DNA of 49,174 nt from Candidatus Bathyarchaeia archaeon (GCA_038883855.1 JAVZLH010000008.1:1-49174), one strand, 5' to 3'; shown: positions 27,983-38,583, counted from the stretch's first letter. A program made the numbers and translations. Notes: generated by a model from the sequence alone, not told the origin.

Positions 27983-29239
27983 TCATGTAGTTCCCATTTC
28001 CCACGTTGCCAAATACTTTTTCTGTTCCTCTGTAAGCTTGTCTATTTTTATCTGCATGGCTTCGAGTTTCAGCCTTGCAACCGCCTCATCTATTTCTTTG
28101 GGCACAGGGTAAACCTTAGGGGGCATTTTCTCGTTTTCCGCTAAGTATTCCACACAAAGCGCTTGGTTTGCAAAAGACATGTCCATTACTTCGGATGGAT
28201 GCCCCTCTGCCGCCGCGAGATTTACGAGGCGTCCTTCCGCCAGCAGATACAGTTTTCGTCCATTTTTTAGCGTGTATTCGTCTAGGTTTGGTCTTATGTT
28301 CCTCTTGGAAACTGCCAGTTCTTCCAAGTCCTTAATGTTTATTTCCACATTGAAGTGTCCACTGTTGGCGAGTATGGCGCCGTCCTTCATTTTTTGCATG
28401 TGCTCTTTCCTTATCACGCTCACGTCGCCAGTGGAAGTTACAAATATGTCTCCTATTGGTGCTGCTTCGGCTATGGGCATGACGCGGAAACCGTCCATCG
28501 CGGCTTCTAACGCCCTTAAAGGGTTGACTTCAGTGACTATGACGTTTGCACCCATCCCGCGGGCTTTCTGGGCTATCCCTCGAGCGCACCAGCCGTAACC
28601 ACAGACAACGAAGTTTTTCCCAGCTAATAAAATGTTTGTGGCTCTTAGAATTCCGTCTATGGTGCTTTGCCCAGTTCCATAACGGTTGTCAAATAAATAT
28701 TTCGTGTAGGCGTCGTTAACAGCTATTATAGGATATTTTAATGCGCCTGATTTTTCCATGGCTCGAAGTCGCGAAACGCCAGTCGTCGTCTCTTCGGTTC
28801 CACCCTTAATCCTTGACAGCGCCTCTGTTCTTTTGCTGTGAACCGTGCCAACAAGGTCTGCGCCATCATCAAGCGTTATTACGGGCTTTTGGTCAACGAC
28901 CCTCTCCACACACCAGTAATATTCATCTGTCGTTTGCCCCCGCCAAGCAAAAACCCTAACACCTTTTTCAACTAAAGCCGCAGCAACATCATCCTGCGTA
29001 GAAAGAGGGTTAGAACCGCACAAAGCAACTTGGGCGCCGCCTGCGATGAGCGCTTCTACGAGAACTGCTGTTTCCTTTGTCACGTGAAGACATGCGCCCA
29101 AAGTTAAGCCTTTTAAGGGTTTTTCCTTTTCAAACCGTTTTTTGATCTGGTTTAGAACTGGCATGTGTTTTGAAGCCCATTCAATTTGCATATGTCCCTT
29201 ATCCGCTAGGGTTTTATCCTTCACTTTGAAGTTTTCCAT
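27983..29239 (-). CDS. ahcY: Adenosylhomocysteinase
   Basis: [48 protein letters not shown] and [11 protein letters not shown] motifs. Confidence 0.97.
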   Translation of the reverse strand: MENFKVKDKTLADKGHMQIEWASKHMPVLNQIKKRFEKEKPLKGLTLGACLHVTKETAVLVEALIAGGAQVALCGSNPLSTQDDVAAALVEKGVRVFAWRGQTTDEYYWCVERVVDQKPVITLDDGADLVGTVHSKRTEALSRIKGGTEETTTGVSRLRAMEKSGALKYPIIAVNDAYTKYLFDNRYGTGQSTIDGILRATNILLAGKNFVVCGYGWCARGIAQKARGMGANVIVTEVNPLRALEAAMDGFRVMPIAEAAPIGDIFVTSTGDVSVIRKEHMQKMKDGAILANSGHFNVEINIKDLEELAVSKRNIRPNLDEYTLKNGRKLYLLAEGRLVNLAAAEGHPSEVMDMSFANQALCVEYLAENEKMPPKVYPVPKEIDEAVARLKLEAMQIKIDKLTEEQKKYLATWEMGTT

Positions 29240-29280
29240 TTCCTTTAACCTTCCCTTATGCTCAACAATTCTTAGGCTAT

Positions 29281-30636
29281 TTAACGTTGCGCTGCCTTGC
29301 TTAATAGGTTGTTTTTGGCTTTCTCAACCATTTCCATGACTTTATCAACGTCTAAAGTTGTTATCTCTCCGTCTTCCACGATTATCTTGCCGTTTATTAA
29401 CACGGTTTCGACGTCGGAGGCTTTAACCGCGTAAACAAGGTGGCTTGCTTCATTGTAAAGCGGATGTAAGTGCGGTTTCTTGAGGTTTATCAGGGCTAGG
29501 TCTGCCTTTTTGTCAACCTCTATAGAGCCTACCTCATTTTCTAAACACAACGCCTTTGCACCATCTGTTGTAGCCATCTCCAAAATTTTTTCCGCGGGCA
29601 AAACTGTCGGGTCTCCGTTCACTCCTTTGTGAAGTATGGCGGCGGTCTTCATTACCTCAAACATGTCTGCTGAATTATTTGAGCAAGGGCTGTCTGTGCC
29701 GAGAGAAATAACCACGTCTTCCTTAATCATTTTGGGAACTGGGCTTATTCCAGATGCCAGTTTGAGGTTGGATATGGGATTGTGGGAAATCTTCACGTTT
29801 CTCTGCTTAACAATTTTAATATCATTATCTGTTAGTGCAACGCAGTGCGCCGCAATTACATGTTTGTCTAAAACGCCTAGCGAATCCAGATACTCCATTA
29901 CGCCTTTGCCATCCAACCGCACATTGAAAGCGTGCTCTATTTTTCTAGGCTCGTCTGCGGTTTCAGCAACGTGAATGTGCCAGATTATAGGCGCCCTTTC
30001 AGAACCGTACTTTTTATTCAGTTCTTCGCGGATTAGTTTTAACTCTTTCATGTATTCTGGGTCAACTGTGTAAGGTGCATGCGGGTCAACGCTTACGCGA
30101 ATCAAGCCATCTTCTGCATTATGCCAGTTTTTGGCCAGATGCTCCAGCGCCCGCTTATCCTCTTCCTTTCTCCACGAAAAACAAACATGACCTACTACCC
30201 CCCTTAAGCCCACATCCCTGAAAGCTTTTGCCTCATTTTCCTCTGGCATATAATGATACATGGTGTTAACCGTTGTTGTTCCGCCCATTACGGATTCTAT
30301 CGCCGTCAACAAAGCGCCAACATAAATGTCGTGGGCACTCATGTGTTTTTCTATCGGCCATATCCATTTCTCCAACCATTCTTGAAGTGGTAGGTCGTCA
30401 GCATAACCTCTCAGCAGGCTCATTGCAGCGTGTTGGTGCGTGTTGACGAGCCCTGGCATGACAATTTTGCCTTTTGCGTTTATTTTTTCGTAGCCTCTGC
30501 CATACTTTCGTTTGAGAAGGTTTGCCTTTCCAACGTCGATTATTGTTTCGTTTTCTATGGCTACGGCTCCTTCGCGGATTACCCTGCGATTGTGCATTGT
30601 GAGGATTGTTCCGTCGTATATTAGAATGGCGTTCAT
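29281..30636 (-). CDS. mtaD: MTA/SAH deaminase family amidohydrolase
   Basis: [35 protein letters not shown] and GTDSPCSNN motifs. Confidence 0.85.
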   Translation of the reverse strand: MNAILIYDGTILTMHNRRVIREGAVAIENETIIDVGKANLLKRKYGRGYEKINAKGKIVMPGLVNTHQHAAMSLLRGYADDLPLQEWLEKWIWPIEKHMSAHDIYVGALLTAIESVMGGTTTVNTMYHYMPEENEAKAFRDVGLRGVVGHVCFSWRKEEDKRALEHLAKNWHNAEDGLIRVSVDPHAPYTVDPEYMKELKLIREELNKKYGSERAPIIWHIHVAETADEPRKIEHAFNVRLDGKGVMEYLDSLGVLDKHVIAAHCVALTDNDIKIVKQRNVKISHNPISNLKLASGISPVPKMIKEDVVISLGTDSPCSNNSADMFEVMKTAAILHKGVNGDPTVLPAEKILEMATTDGAKALCLENEVGSIEVDKKADLALINLKKPHLHPLYNEASHLVYAVKASDVETVLINGKIIVEDGEITTLDVDKVMEMVEKAKNNLLSKAAQR

Positions 30637-30740
30637 GGCGAAACCGCTTTCTAATCCGTTTTATGAATGTAAAGGGGGTTGTTGCTCTTAAAACTTTAAA
30701 GCTTCTGCATGCCCTATTGTAAACGGCTGGTGTTGGAATT

Positions 30741-31832
30741 ATGAAGCTTTCCAAAGACGCTCTTCGAAAGTATCTCTCATCTCTTTACGGCGGAGAGGCG
30801 GAGGTTCTCGGGGTTTGGAGGCTTGGCGGCGAGAAACTTGAGGATTTAAAGGGTTTTGGTTATGGTTATCCCTACGTGATAGAGTTCAGAGTTGGCGGCG
30901 GCGAGGTTAAGCGGGTTGTTTTAGAAACCATGCGTCCAGAAGGTTTTGGACATGACCATTTTTCGGATAGGGCGCAAATACTTCTCTGGCAGCATTCCGC
31001 CTTCAACAAACTACCCAGACATGTGCATTCCATTGACGTGGGCGCCTTCGCTGAAGATGATACGTGTTTGAAATCTCTTGGCAAATGCAGCGAATTCTTC
31101 ATTTTAACCGAGTTTGTGGATGGACGCCTTTATCACTTAGACTTGGACCGCATAAAGGAGACTGGGCAGCTAAATGCCTTGGACGAGAAGCGATGTCTGG
31201 CTTTATCCGATTATCTCGCAGAAATCCACAAAGTCAAGAGGGAAGCCCCTTGGCTTTATGTTAGACGCGTAAGAGAGCTTGTTGGTCACGGCGAATGTAT
31301 CATGGGGTTGCTGGACAGTTACCCGCCAAACCTCGACTTTGTAAACGAAAACTATTTCATGGACATTGAAAGAGACTGCGTTGTCTGGCGCTGGCGCCTT
31401 AAACGCATGACGCATAGGCTGAGTCAGGTGCACGGCGATTTTCACCCATGGAACGTGATGTTCCATAATGGCACAGACTTTACAGTATTAGACCGCAGCA
31501 GAGGAGAGTGGGGCGAGCCAGCAGACGATGTCACAGCAATGACCATCAACTACATATTTTATTCTCTCCAAAAATATGGAGAGTTGGCGGGAGTTTTTGA
31601 GCGGTTGTTTAGGGTTTTCTGGGAAAACTATCTAACGAAGACTGGCGACTTCGAGATTATGAAAGTTGTGCAGCCATTCTATGCCTGGCGCGGTTTGGTT
31701 GTGGCTTCGCCGATATGGTATCCAAACCTCGATAAGGATGTGCGCATCAAACTTTTAAACTTCGTGAAAAATGTTCTACAACATGAAAAGTTTGATTTGG
31801 AAGCAGTAAACTCCTACATAGTGAAAGCTTAA
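30741..31832 (+). CDS. Aminoglycoside phosphotransferase / choline kinase family kinase
   Basis: Brenner motif HGDFHPWNV followed by VLD and GEPADD. Confidence 0.85.
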   Translation: MKLSKDALRKYLSSLYGGEAEVLGVWRLGGEKLEDLKGFGYGYPYVIEFRVGGGEVKRVVLETMRPEGFGHDHFSDRAQILLWQHSAFNKLPRHVHSIDVGAFAEDDTCLKSLGKCSEFFILTEFVDGRLYHLDLDRIKETGQLNALDEKRCLALSDYLAEIHKVKREAPWLYVRRVRELVGHGECIMGLLDSYPPNLDFVNENYFMDIERDCVVWRWRLKRMTHRLSQVHGDFHPWNVMFHNGTDFTVLDRSRGEWGEPADDVTAMTINYIFYSLQKYGELAGVFERLFRVFWENYLTKTGDFEIMKVVQPFYAWRGLVVASPIWYPNLDKDVRIKLLNFVKNVLQHEKFDLEAVNSYIVKA

Positions 31833-31938
31833 ACGCGCAGTTTTCAGAAAAAGGTTTTTATTTTTGACATATTCCGATGCGGGAATAAAAAAATAAATAC
31901 TGATTCAAAATAACAATCGCGACTGTAGGTGTGAGTGT

Positions 31939-32046
31939 TTGAACGCTGAGCCTACTAATGAGTTGAAGAAAATTCTTAAGGGGATGGGTTATTCAAGCAG
32001 AGCTATAAACGAAATTTTGAAATGGTATGAATCAAATAACTCATAA
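31939..32046 (+). CDS. 35-aa microprotein (UBA/RuvA-C-like helical pair)
   Basis: MNAEPTNELKKILKGMGYSSRAINEILKWYESNNS, TTG start with AGGTGTGA SD-like sequence; below ORF-track cutoff. Confidence 0.5.
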   Translation: MNAEPTNELKKILKGMGYSSRAINEILKWYESNNS

Positions 32047-32057
32047 TAGGACTATTA

Positions 32058-32450
32058 ATGAAGGGCGTATATGCTCTAATAATTTCTGTAAATGAGAACG
32101 TTACAGTCCAGGTAGGCGCATTGGGCAAGATAAATTTTGAAAAGGGCTTATACGCCTATATCGGGTCAGCCCAAAACAACCTAGAAAGACGCGTGGAAAG
32201 ACATAGGGAATGGAAGAAGAGAAAGTTTTGGCATATAGACTACCTGCTTTGCAATAAAGCAGCAAAAATTGAGAAAGTTTTCTATAAGGAAGCAAAAAAA
32301 GTTGAGGAATGTAAAATTGCAGAGGAAATCGGCAGAATAGGTGTTGCTGTGAAAGGTTTTGGGTGTTCAGACTGCAAATGTGAAAGCCATCTTTTCAAAA
32401 TTGACAATTACCAATTTTTAAGGGAGTTTATGCAAGAACATAAAATATAG
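32058..32450 (+). CDS. GIY-YIG (DUF123/Uri) nuclease family protein
   Basis: KGVYAL, GLYAYIGSA, WHIDYL and GFGCSDCKCESHL motifs. Confidence 0.88.
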   Translation: MKGVYALIISVNENVTVQVGALGKINFEKGLYAYIGSAQNNLERRVERHREWKKRKFWHIDYLLCNKAAKIEKVFYKEAKKVEECKIAEEIGRIGVAVKGFGCSDCKCESHLFKIDNYQFLREFMQEHKI

Positions 32451-32483
32451 ACGCAGTAACTTTACAGAAAAGAGAAGGGCGGC

Positions 32484-33041
32484 TTGTTTGCTTTGAGAGA
32501 TGGTTGGTGTGTTTGGGTCACTGGTTTGCCGGGAAGTGGTAAATCCGTGGTCTCTGAAGAGCTGCTCAAACTTTTAGAAAAAAATGGAATTCAAGCCCAA
32601 TTGTTGTCTTCAGACGCCTTACGCAAGGTTTTAACTCCAAAGCCCACATACACGCTGGAAGAACGTGACATCGTTTACGCCACTCTCGTCTACATAGCCA
32701 AACTGTTAACACAAAACGGCGTAAACGTGATAATTGACGCTACTGGAAACTTGAGGCGTTACCGTGAAAATGCGAGAAAACAAATCCTAAAGTTTATAGA
32801 AGTCTATCTTGAGTGCCCGCTAGAAATTTGCATGAAACGCGAAGCAAAACGCAAAGAAACACGCCAAGCACCAAAACAAATTTACGCCAAAGCTTTGAAG
32901 GGGAAAGCGCCAACAGTTCCGGGAATAGGACAGCCATATGAGGAACCGCTTAACCCCGAAATAACCTTAAACACAGCCAAAAACACTCCAGAAGAGTGTG
33001 CCCAAAAAATATTTGAAATGATACTTCAACGCTTCTCTTAG
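32484..33041 (+). CDS. Adenylyl-sulfate kinase-like P-loop kinase
   Basis: WVTGLPGSGKS, FIEVYLECPLEIC and VPGIGQPYEEP motifs; has LSSDALR in place of the canonical LDGDN. Confidence 0.8.
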   Translation: MFALRDGWCVWVTGLPGSGKSVVSEELLKLLEKNGIQAQLLSSDALRKVLTPKPTYTLEERDIVYATLVYIAKLLTQNGVNVIIDATGNLRRYRENARKQILKFIEVYLECPLEICMKREAKRKETRQAPKQIYAKALKGKAPTVPGIGQPYEEPLNPEITLNTAKNTPEECAQKIFEMILQRFS

Positions 33042-33667
33042 AATTTGCTTCTATAATTTTTAACGTAATCTAGAACAGTTTCTGCTTGTTCTTTTGAGAT
33101 TTTTCCACTCTTTAAGAGGCAGTTAACAAGCATGGAGATGTTAGTTAAGGCGTGTATTTTGTAGCCTTGTTTTTCAAGGTTTTCTTTTCCGCCTTGCTCC
33201 CTGTCAACCACAACCAATAGATGTTCTACTTTGGCTCCAAGCGCCTCTAATGGTTTTATGCCCTCCAGTTTTGACAAGCCTTCGCTTACAACATCGTCAA
33301 AAAACAGTATTCTGTCGCCGTTCACAACATCTGCGCCAACTATTCTCCCAGTTACGCCATATGCCTTCTCTTCTTTGCGCACCACGACGCACGGAAGGTC
33401 TAGCCTACACGCTATGCTGGGCAAAATCAACGCACCCTTCAACTCGATGGAAGCCAACTTATCCACCCTTTCAGAAGCCATAATCTCCGAAACTTTCTCT
33501 GCCACACACTCTGCAACTGTGTTTAACTCTTTGGGCGCCGAAAGCAAACGCCCAAGGTCAATGTAGTATGGGCTTAAAGCTCCAGACTTTATCCTAAAAC
33601 TACCAAACCTTAAACATCCAGAACGATAAAGTGCATCCGCAACCGAAGACGCAATATCCAACTGCAA
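33038..33667 (-). CDS. pyrE: Orotate phosphoribosyltransferase
   Basis: FGSFRIKSGALSPYYID, VRKEEKAYG, FFDDVVSEGLS and VVVDREQGG motifs; TTG start near 33667. Confidence 0.9.
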   Translation of the reverse strand: MQLDIASSVADALYRSGCLRFGSFRIKSGALSPYYIDLGRLLSAPKELNTVAECVAEKVSEIMASERVDKLASIELKGALILPSIACRLDLPCVVVRKEEKAYGVTGRIVGADVVNGDRILFFDDVVSEGLSKLEGIKPLEALGAKVEHLLVVVDREQGGKENLEKQGYKIHALTNISMLVNCLLKSGKISKEQAETVLDYVKNYRSKF

Positions 33668-33830
33668 ACCCCAAAAAGAATAACCCCCTAAAAATTTAAC
33701 GTTTACTAGGCTTATGCAAAAGATGATGACTGCCCATTCCAGCCTTAACAATTACTTTAAAACTAAAGACTTAATGGTAACGTTTATAACTTAATTTCCT
33801 CATTCCTAAAAGACGCGAAGCGGAAGAACA

Positions 33831-34844
33831 ATGGGTCACAGAAAAAAGCATGCTCCTAAACACGGTTCACTTGCTTATTTGCCTAGGAAACGCGCCAAAA
33901 GCCTGTTGGCTAGAATACGTTATTGGCCTGAAATAAAGGCTGACACACCTAGGCTTTTGGGTTTTATAGGTTATAAAGCTGGAATGACTCACGTTTTTGC
34001 GATAGAAGATAGAAAACGCTCACCAAATTATGGAAAAGAGGTTATGCGCCCAGCCACTGTTATCGAAACGCCTCCTATGCTCATATGCGCCATAAGAGCC
34101 TACACAAAAACCTCCTACGGCCTAAACAGCCTAACAGAAGCTTGGATGAAAGACCCGCCAGACGAGCTTGACAGAGTGTTAACGCTTCCAGAAAACCTAA
34201 ACACGGAAGAAAACCTCAAGAAAATCGAGGAAAACCTAAACAAAATAGTCAAAATACGCGTTATCGCCGCAGCCATGCCAAAGCAAGCGGGCTTACCAAA
34301 AAAGAAGCCAGATTTAGCCGAAATAGAAATAGGCGGAGGCACAATTCAACAACAGTTTGAATACGCGAAAAGCCTTCTGGGAAAAACGGTAACGCCCATG
34401 GAAATTTTCAAAGAAGGACAATACATAGACATAATAGCCATATCAACAGGAAAAGGCTTTCAAGGTCCAGTGAAACGCTGGGGAGTAACGATACTTCAGC
34501 ATAAAGGAAGAAAAACAAAAAGAGGAGTCGCTACCCTAGGACCGTGGAACCCCCACCACGTCATGTATACAGTTCCAAGGGCTGGGCAAATGGGCTTCCA
34601 CCAAAGAACAGAATACAACAAACGCATCTTAAAAATAGGCAAGGATGGAAAAGAAATAACGCCTAAAGGCGGATTCCTAAGATACGGCGCAGTTAAAGGT
34701 CCCTACATGCTAGTGGAAGGAAGCGTGCCTGGAACAGAAAAACGCCCGATAAAAATACGCTACCCTGCACGCCCACCAAAACAAATAATCGAGGAGCCGC
34801 CTCAAATTACGTATGTTTCTCTGGAGTCTCCCCAAGGAAAATAA
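33831..34844 (+). CDS. rpl3: 50S ribosomal protein L3
   Basis: HGSLAYLPRKRA, GYKAGMTH, GKGFQGPVKRWG and RAGQMGFHQRTE motifs. Confidence 0.98.
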   Translation: MGHRKKHAPKHGSLAYLPRKRAKSLLARIRYWPEIKADTPRLLGFIGYKAGMTHVFAIEDRKRSPNYGKEVMRPATVIETPPMLICAIRAYTKTSYGLNSLTEAWMKDPPDELDRVLTLPENLNTEENLKKIEENLNKIVKIRVIAAAMPKQAGLPKKKPDLAEIEIGGGTIQQQFEYAKSLLGKTVTPMEIFKEGQYIDIIAISTGKGFQGPVKRWGVTILQHKGRKTKRGVATLGPWNPHHVMYTVPRAGQMGFHQRTEYNKRILKIGKDGKEITPKGGFLRYGAVKGPYMLVEGSVPGTEKRPIKIRYPARPPKQIIEEPPQITYVSLESPQGK

Positions 34845-34854
34845 ACGGTGAAAA

Positions 34855-35649
34855 GTGATGGCGAAAAAGACAGTGAAAATCTTTGACCTTGCAGGAAAAC
34901 CGGTAAAGAAAATAACTCTACCCCCAATTTTTGAAACTCCGTTAAGACCCGACGTTATAAAACGTGCTGTAATCGCCATACAATCAAACAGATTCCAGCC
35001 ACAAGGCAGAGACCCCATGGCTGGCAAAAGAACGTCAGCAGAGTCTAGAGGTGTAGGCTTGGGCATGGCAAGAGTTCCCAGAATTAAGGGAGCTACGGCG
35101 AGGGCAGCTTTCGCTCCCGGAACAGTCGGCGGTAGAGCCGCACATCCACCAACTTCTGAAAAGAAAATTGTCAAAAAGATTCCCAAAAAGGAGAAGCGTC
35201 TTGCTTTATTATCAGCGATAGCGGCAACAGCATCTAAGGAGGTTGTTGCTTCAAGAGGACACTCCATCGAGGATGTCCTGCAAATCCCCTTGATAGTCAC
35301 GAATGACATTGAGAATCTAAAGAAAACAAAAGAGGTTGAGGAAGCGTTAATCCAATTAGGAGTTTTGTCAGACGTTTACCGAGTGAAAGAAAGCATAAAA
35401 ATCAGGGCGGGTAAAGGCAAGCGCAGAGGCAGAAGATTAAAGCAAGCCGTAGGACCCCTCATAGTTGTGGCTGAAAACAGAGGCGTTATGGAAGCAGCGA
35501 GAAACATACCAGGAGTGGACGTCATAACAGTTAAAGATTTGAACGCTGAAGTTTTAGCTCCAGGCGCACACCCGGGAAGATTAACTATATGGACTGAAGG
35601 CGCAATCGAGAAACTGGCAGAGCTCTACAGCCCAGGAGGGAAAGCCTAA
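34855..35649 (+). CDS. rpl4: 50S ribosomal protein L4
   Basis: QPQGRDPMAGKRTSAES, GGRAAHPP and LAPGAHPGRLTIWT motifs. Confidence 0.98.
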   Translation: MMAKKTVKIFDLAGKPVKKITLPPIFETPLRPDVIKRAVIAIQSNRFQPQGRDPMAGKRTSAESRGVGLGMARVPRIKGATARAAFAPGTVGGRAAHPPTSEKKIVKKIPKKEKRLALLSAIAATASKEVVASRGHSIEDVLQIPLIVTNDIENLKKTKEVEEALIQLGVLSDVYRVKESIKIRAGKGKRRGRRLKQAVGPLIVVAENRGVMEAARNIPGVDVITVKDLNAEVLAPGAHPGRLTIWTEGAIEKLAELYSPGGKA

Positions 35650-35909
35650 TGGACCCATATGATGTCATTCTTTACCCGCTTATGACCGAATCCGCCAGTT
35701 TAATGGTTGAGAAAGAAAACAAGCTTGTTTTCATAATTAACAAGAAAGCCACCAAAGCTGACGTGAAGAAGGCTGTGGAAGAACTTTACGAGGTAAAGGT
35801 TGAGAAGGTTAATCTTTTAATTACACCTCAAGGAGAAAAGAAGGCCTTCGTTAAACTTACCCCCGAATATAAGGCGGTTGACGTTGCAATTAAGCTTGGA
35901 ATACTCTAA
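35649..35909 (+). CDS. rpl23: 50S ribosomal protein L23
   Basis: YPLMTE, ENKLVF, KKAVEELY and GEKKAFVKL motifs. Confidence 0.97.
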   Translation: MDPYDVILYPLMTESASLMVEKENKLVFIINKKATKADVKKAVEELYEVKVEKVNLLITPQGEKKAFVKLTPEYKAVDVAIKLGIL

Positions 35910-35929
35910 GCCTATAGGAGGAATAAGCT

Positions 35930-36670
35930 GTGGGAAAAAGAATTCGTGTTCAAAGACGTGGGCGCGGCGGACCAACGTTCAGGGCTTCAACTCATAAAAG
36001 AGTAGCCCCTGCACAATACCCACCAGCAATAAAGCCGAAAGAATATTATGAAGCAGTCATCAAAGGCGTAGTAGAAGAGGTTGTCCACGACCCCGGACGC
36101 GGAACACCGCTCGCACTTATACGGTTCGAAAACAGCGAAACATGCTACACCATAATCCCAGAAGGAGTCTATGAAGGACAAAAAATTTACATGGGAGGAA
36201 ACGCGCCGCCAGAAGTCGGCAACATCCTTCCAGTTGGAAAAATCCCAGAAGGAACCATGGCATGTAATATAGAGCTTAACCCCGGAGACGGAGGCAAAAT
36301 CGCGAGGTCTTCCGGAACATACGGGATAATTGTAGCTCATACACCTCAAGGAACAATGATTAGGCTTCCATCTGGAAGCACGAGATATATTAATGACTAT
36401 TGTTTGGCAACAATTGGAGTTGTTTCCGGAGCAGGCAGAACTGAAAAGCCTTTCTTGAAATCTGGTGCGAAATTTCATTTAATGAAAGCGAAAGGACACA
36501 AATACCCGAGAACACGCGGAAGAGCTATGGTCGCAGCGGTACATCCTTACGGGAGCAGTAAAAGAAGCGCACGTAAAGTTACAACAACATCGCATGGTGC
36601 ACCTCCAGGGCAAAAAGTTGGGTTGATTGCAGCAAGAGGCGCAGGAAGGAGAAGGAAACGAACAGTATAG
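35930..36670 (+). CDS. rpl2: 50S ribosomal protein L2
   Basis: MGKRIRVQRRGRG, HDPGRGTPLA, PGDGGKIARSSG and PPGQKVGLIAAR motifs. Confidence 0.97.
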   Translation: MGKRIRVQRRGRGGPTFRASTHKRVAPAQYPPAIKPKEYYEAVIKGVVEEVVHDPGRGTPLALIRFENSETCYTIIPEGVYEGQKIYMGGNAPPEVGNILPVGKIPEGTMACNIELNPGDGGKIARSSGTYGIIVAHTPQGTMIRLPSGSTRYINDYCLATIGVVSGAGRTEKPFLKSGAKFHLMKAKGHKYPRTRGRAMVAAVHPYGSSKRSARKVTTTSHGAPPGQKVGLIAARGAGRRRKRTV

Positions 36671-36727
36671 CATGGAAATGAACAGAAAGCTTATAACATC
36701 CGCAATCATGAGTTTAGTTGATGGAAA

Positions 36728-37132
36728 ATGCCTAAAGAATTTACATACCGTGGTTACACGCTTAATCAGTTACAGAATATGTCTATGGATGAGTTCATCA
36801 ACTTACTTCCTTCAAGGCAGAGAAGAAGTCTCCACAGAGGTCTAAACTTGGAACAAAGAACTCTGCTTGAAAAAATAAGAAAAGCAAAGGAGGCTATGAG
36901 AAGCGGAAAAAACGTGACGATTAAAACACATGCGCGTGATATGATTGTTTTGCCCGAGATGGTCGGGTTAACTATTCTTGTTCACAATGGCAAAGATTTC
37001 GTCCAAGTAGAAATAAAGCCTGAAATGATTGGACATTACCTAGGAGAATTTGTAATCACAAACAAGCCAGTGAAACACGGAACTCCTGGGATTGGGGCTT
37101 CCCGCTCTTCCATGTACGTACCACTAAAGTAG
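36728..37132 (+). CDS. rps19: 30S ribosomal protein S19
   Basis: [31 protein letters not shown] and [12 protein letters not shown] motifs. Confidence 0.98.
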   Translation: MPKEFTYRGYTLNQLQNMSMDEFINLLPSRQRRSLHRGLNLEQRTLLEKIRKAKEAMRSGKNVTIKTHARDMIVLPEMVGLTILVHNGKDFVQVEIKPEMIGHYLGEFVITNKPVKHGTPGIGASRSSMYVPLK

Positions 37133-37286
37133 AAGTTAAATTTTGACATTTATCATTGTATTTTTATAGATTGGGTAATATTTAAGTTTGTCTTTGTTGT
37201 AGGCTTTCGTAACTTTTGAAAGGGTTTCGTTGAAATCACGCCGAGGAGTATTACGATTGCACTAAAAATTAACATTGGGATACCAA

Positions 37287-37726
37287 TCAATAAAGGCATA
37301 AAAACGCAACGAAGAATACTGCAACCCCTACGCCTATCAGCCCTAATCTCTCCTCTAGTAACGCCACGCTGTAAAGGTCTACGAAGTTTTCTGATTTATA
37401 CTTGAAAGGTTTTATCCACCCTTGTCCACCAAAATCTGGAAGAACAGCACCTTTTGGAACGGGTACATTTGCCAGCTGCGCATATCCATCTTCCACATCT
37501 TGCATTTTGGATATCTCTTTAATCCTTAAATAGATTCTTTCTTGATAAGCTGCTACTTCTGCCCTAACGTGAACAATAGCACCAACAAAATTGTCTGTGA
37601 GACCGCATTCTAAACCTTGGCTAACACCATTCCTGAATCATCAGCAAGCGTTAAATAAACACGCGTGTACGCCTTATCGTAAAACAGCCAAACTATGCGT
37701 CCACAAACCGAGACGTAATTTCCCAT
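37287..37726 (-). pseudogene. Decayed OB-fold protein with C-terminal TM anchor
   Basis: Fragments MGNYVSVCGRIVWLFYDKAYTRVYLTLADDSGMVLAKV / VGAIVHVRAEV / RIYLRIKEISKMQD...LGLIGVGVAVFFVAFL across stops and frameshifts. Confidence 0.55.
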
Positions 37727-37892
37727 GTGCCTTCCATAATAATCGTTCTATATGTATACAAAACTGATATGCTAATTACTATTGAATTATACAAAAAATT
37801 CTATTAAACCTTTGGTTTACATCAAATCAAAAGGGAAAAGTTCAACATCCCTTAAGTTTGAAAACGCTGTCTGAAAATTTCCATTGATTAAT

Positions 37893-38318
37893 TTAAGCGC
37901 TGTATTCCATCTCTGAAGGCCTTTTGCCAGGCGGCTTAACCTCGGGTATCTGTGGTAACGGGATTGGCGGCGGGATATTCAGCGTCCTAGAAACCATAAT
38001 AGATTCTATGAAAACAACATTAGAAATTGACTGCACTATTACTGGTGGCGGCAGTTTTTTCTGCTCATACTCCTTGTAGACTTTTTCAATTTCGCCCTTG
38101 TCCCCAACTACGTGTGCTTTTCCTTTTAGGCTTATTTGCGCTATAGAAGGGTTGTAATTTATCGTCAAAACGAAGGGCACTTCCAACAAATCTTCTGATT
38201 TCTTTTCCACACCTACTAAGTTGAGGTTAGTGCTTATCTGAGTTGGCGGAATAGGTGTGTTTATATCCCAGAAGCGGTCAGCCGATACATGAGTTAGGGA
38301 AACATTAACTCTAATCAT
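37893..38318 (-). CDS. Conserved archaeal hypothetical protein
   Basis: 141 aa, beta-rich N-terminus then SRTLNIPPPIPLP; co-oriented with the ribosomal cluster. Confidence 0.75.
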   Translation of the reverse strand: MIRVNVSLTHVSADRFWDINTPIPPTQISTNLNLVGVEKKSEDLLEVPFVLTINYNPSIAQISLKGKAHVVGDKGEIEKVYKEYEQKKLPPPVIVQSISNVVFIESIMVSRTLNIPPPIPLPQIPEVKPPGKRPSEMEYSA

Positions 38319-38364
38319 TTTCTAACCCAACAAAAGTGTATGCAGTCGTGAAATTAAAAGATGT

Positions 38365-38580
38365 TCATTTTCTAGCTGGCTTGTACCGTGTGAAACCACA
38401 GTGTCCGCAAGCGTATCTGTCGCCGTGGTCAGCCATAAAGTATCCCGTTCCGCATCGTTCGCAAGTTGGGCGTAATCTCAGGACTTTGTCGCCTTCAATT
38501 TTGTATAGAGAAAAAACGCCTTTTTCCTTTTTCTTTTTCTTCGCAGCTTTTTCCATTTCTTTTGCAGTTTCCCCAGACAT
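38365..38580 (-). CDS. rps27ae: 30S ribosomal protein S27ae
   Basis: CERCGTGYFMADHGDRYACGHCGFT zinc ribbon. Confidence 0.96.
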   Translation of the reverse strand: MSGETAKEMEKAAKKKKKEKGVFSLYKIEGDKVLRLRPTCERCGTGYFMADHGDRYACGHCGFTRYKPARK

Positions 38581-38583
38581 TTA

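Noticed and set aside
32058-32450. GIY-YIG gene as a homing endonuclease or mobile intron
   Set aside because: Short DUF123-type stand-alone protein with a C-terminal Cys motif; it does not interrupt a host gene
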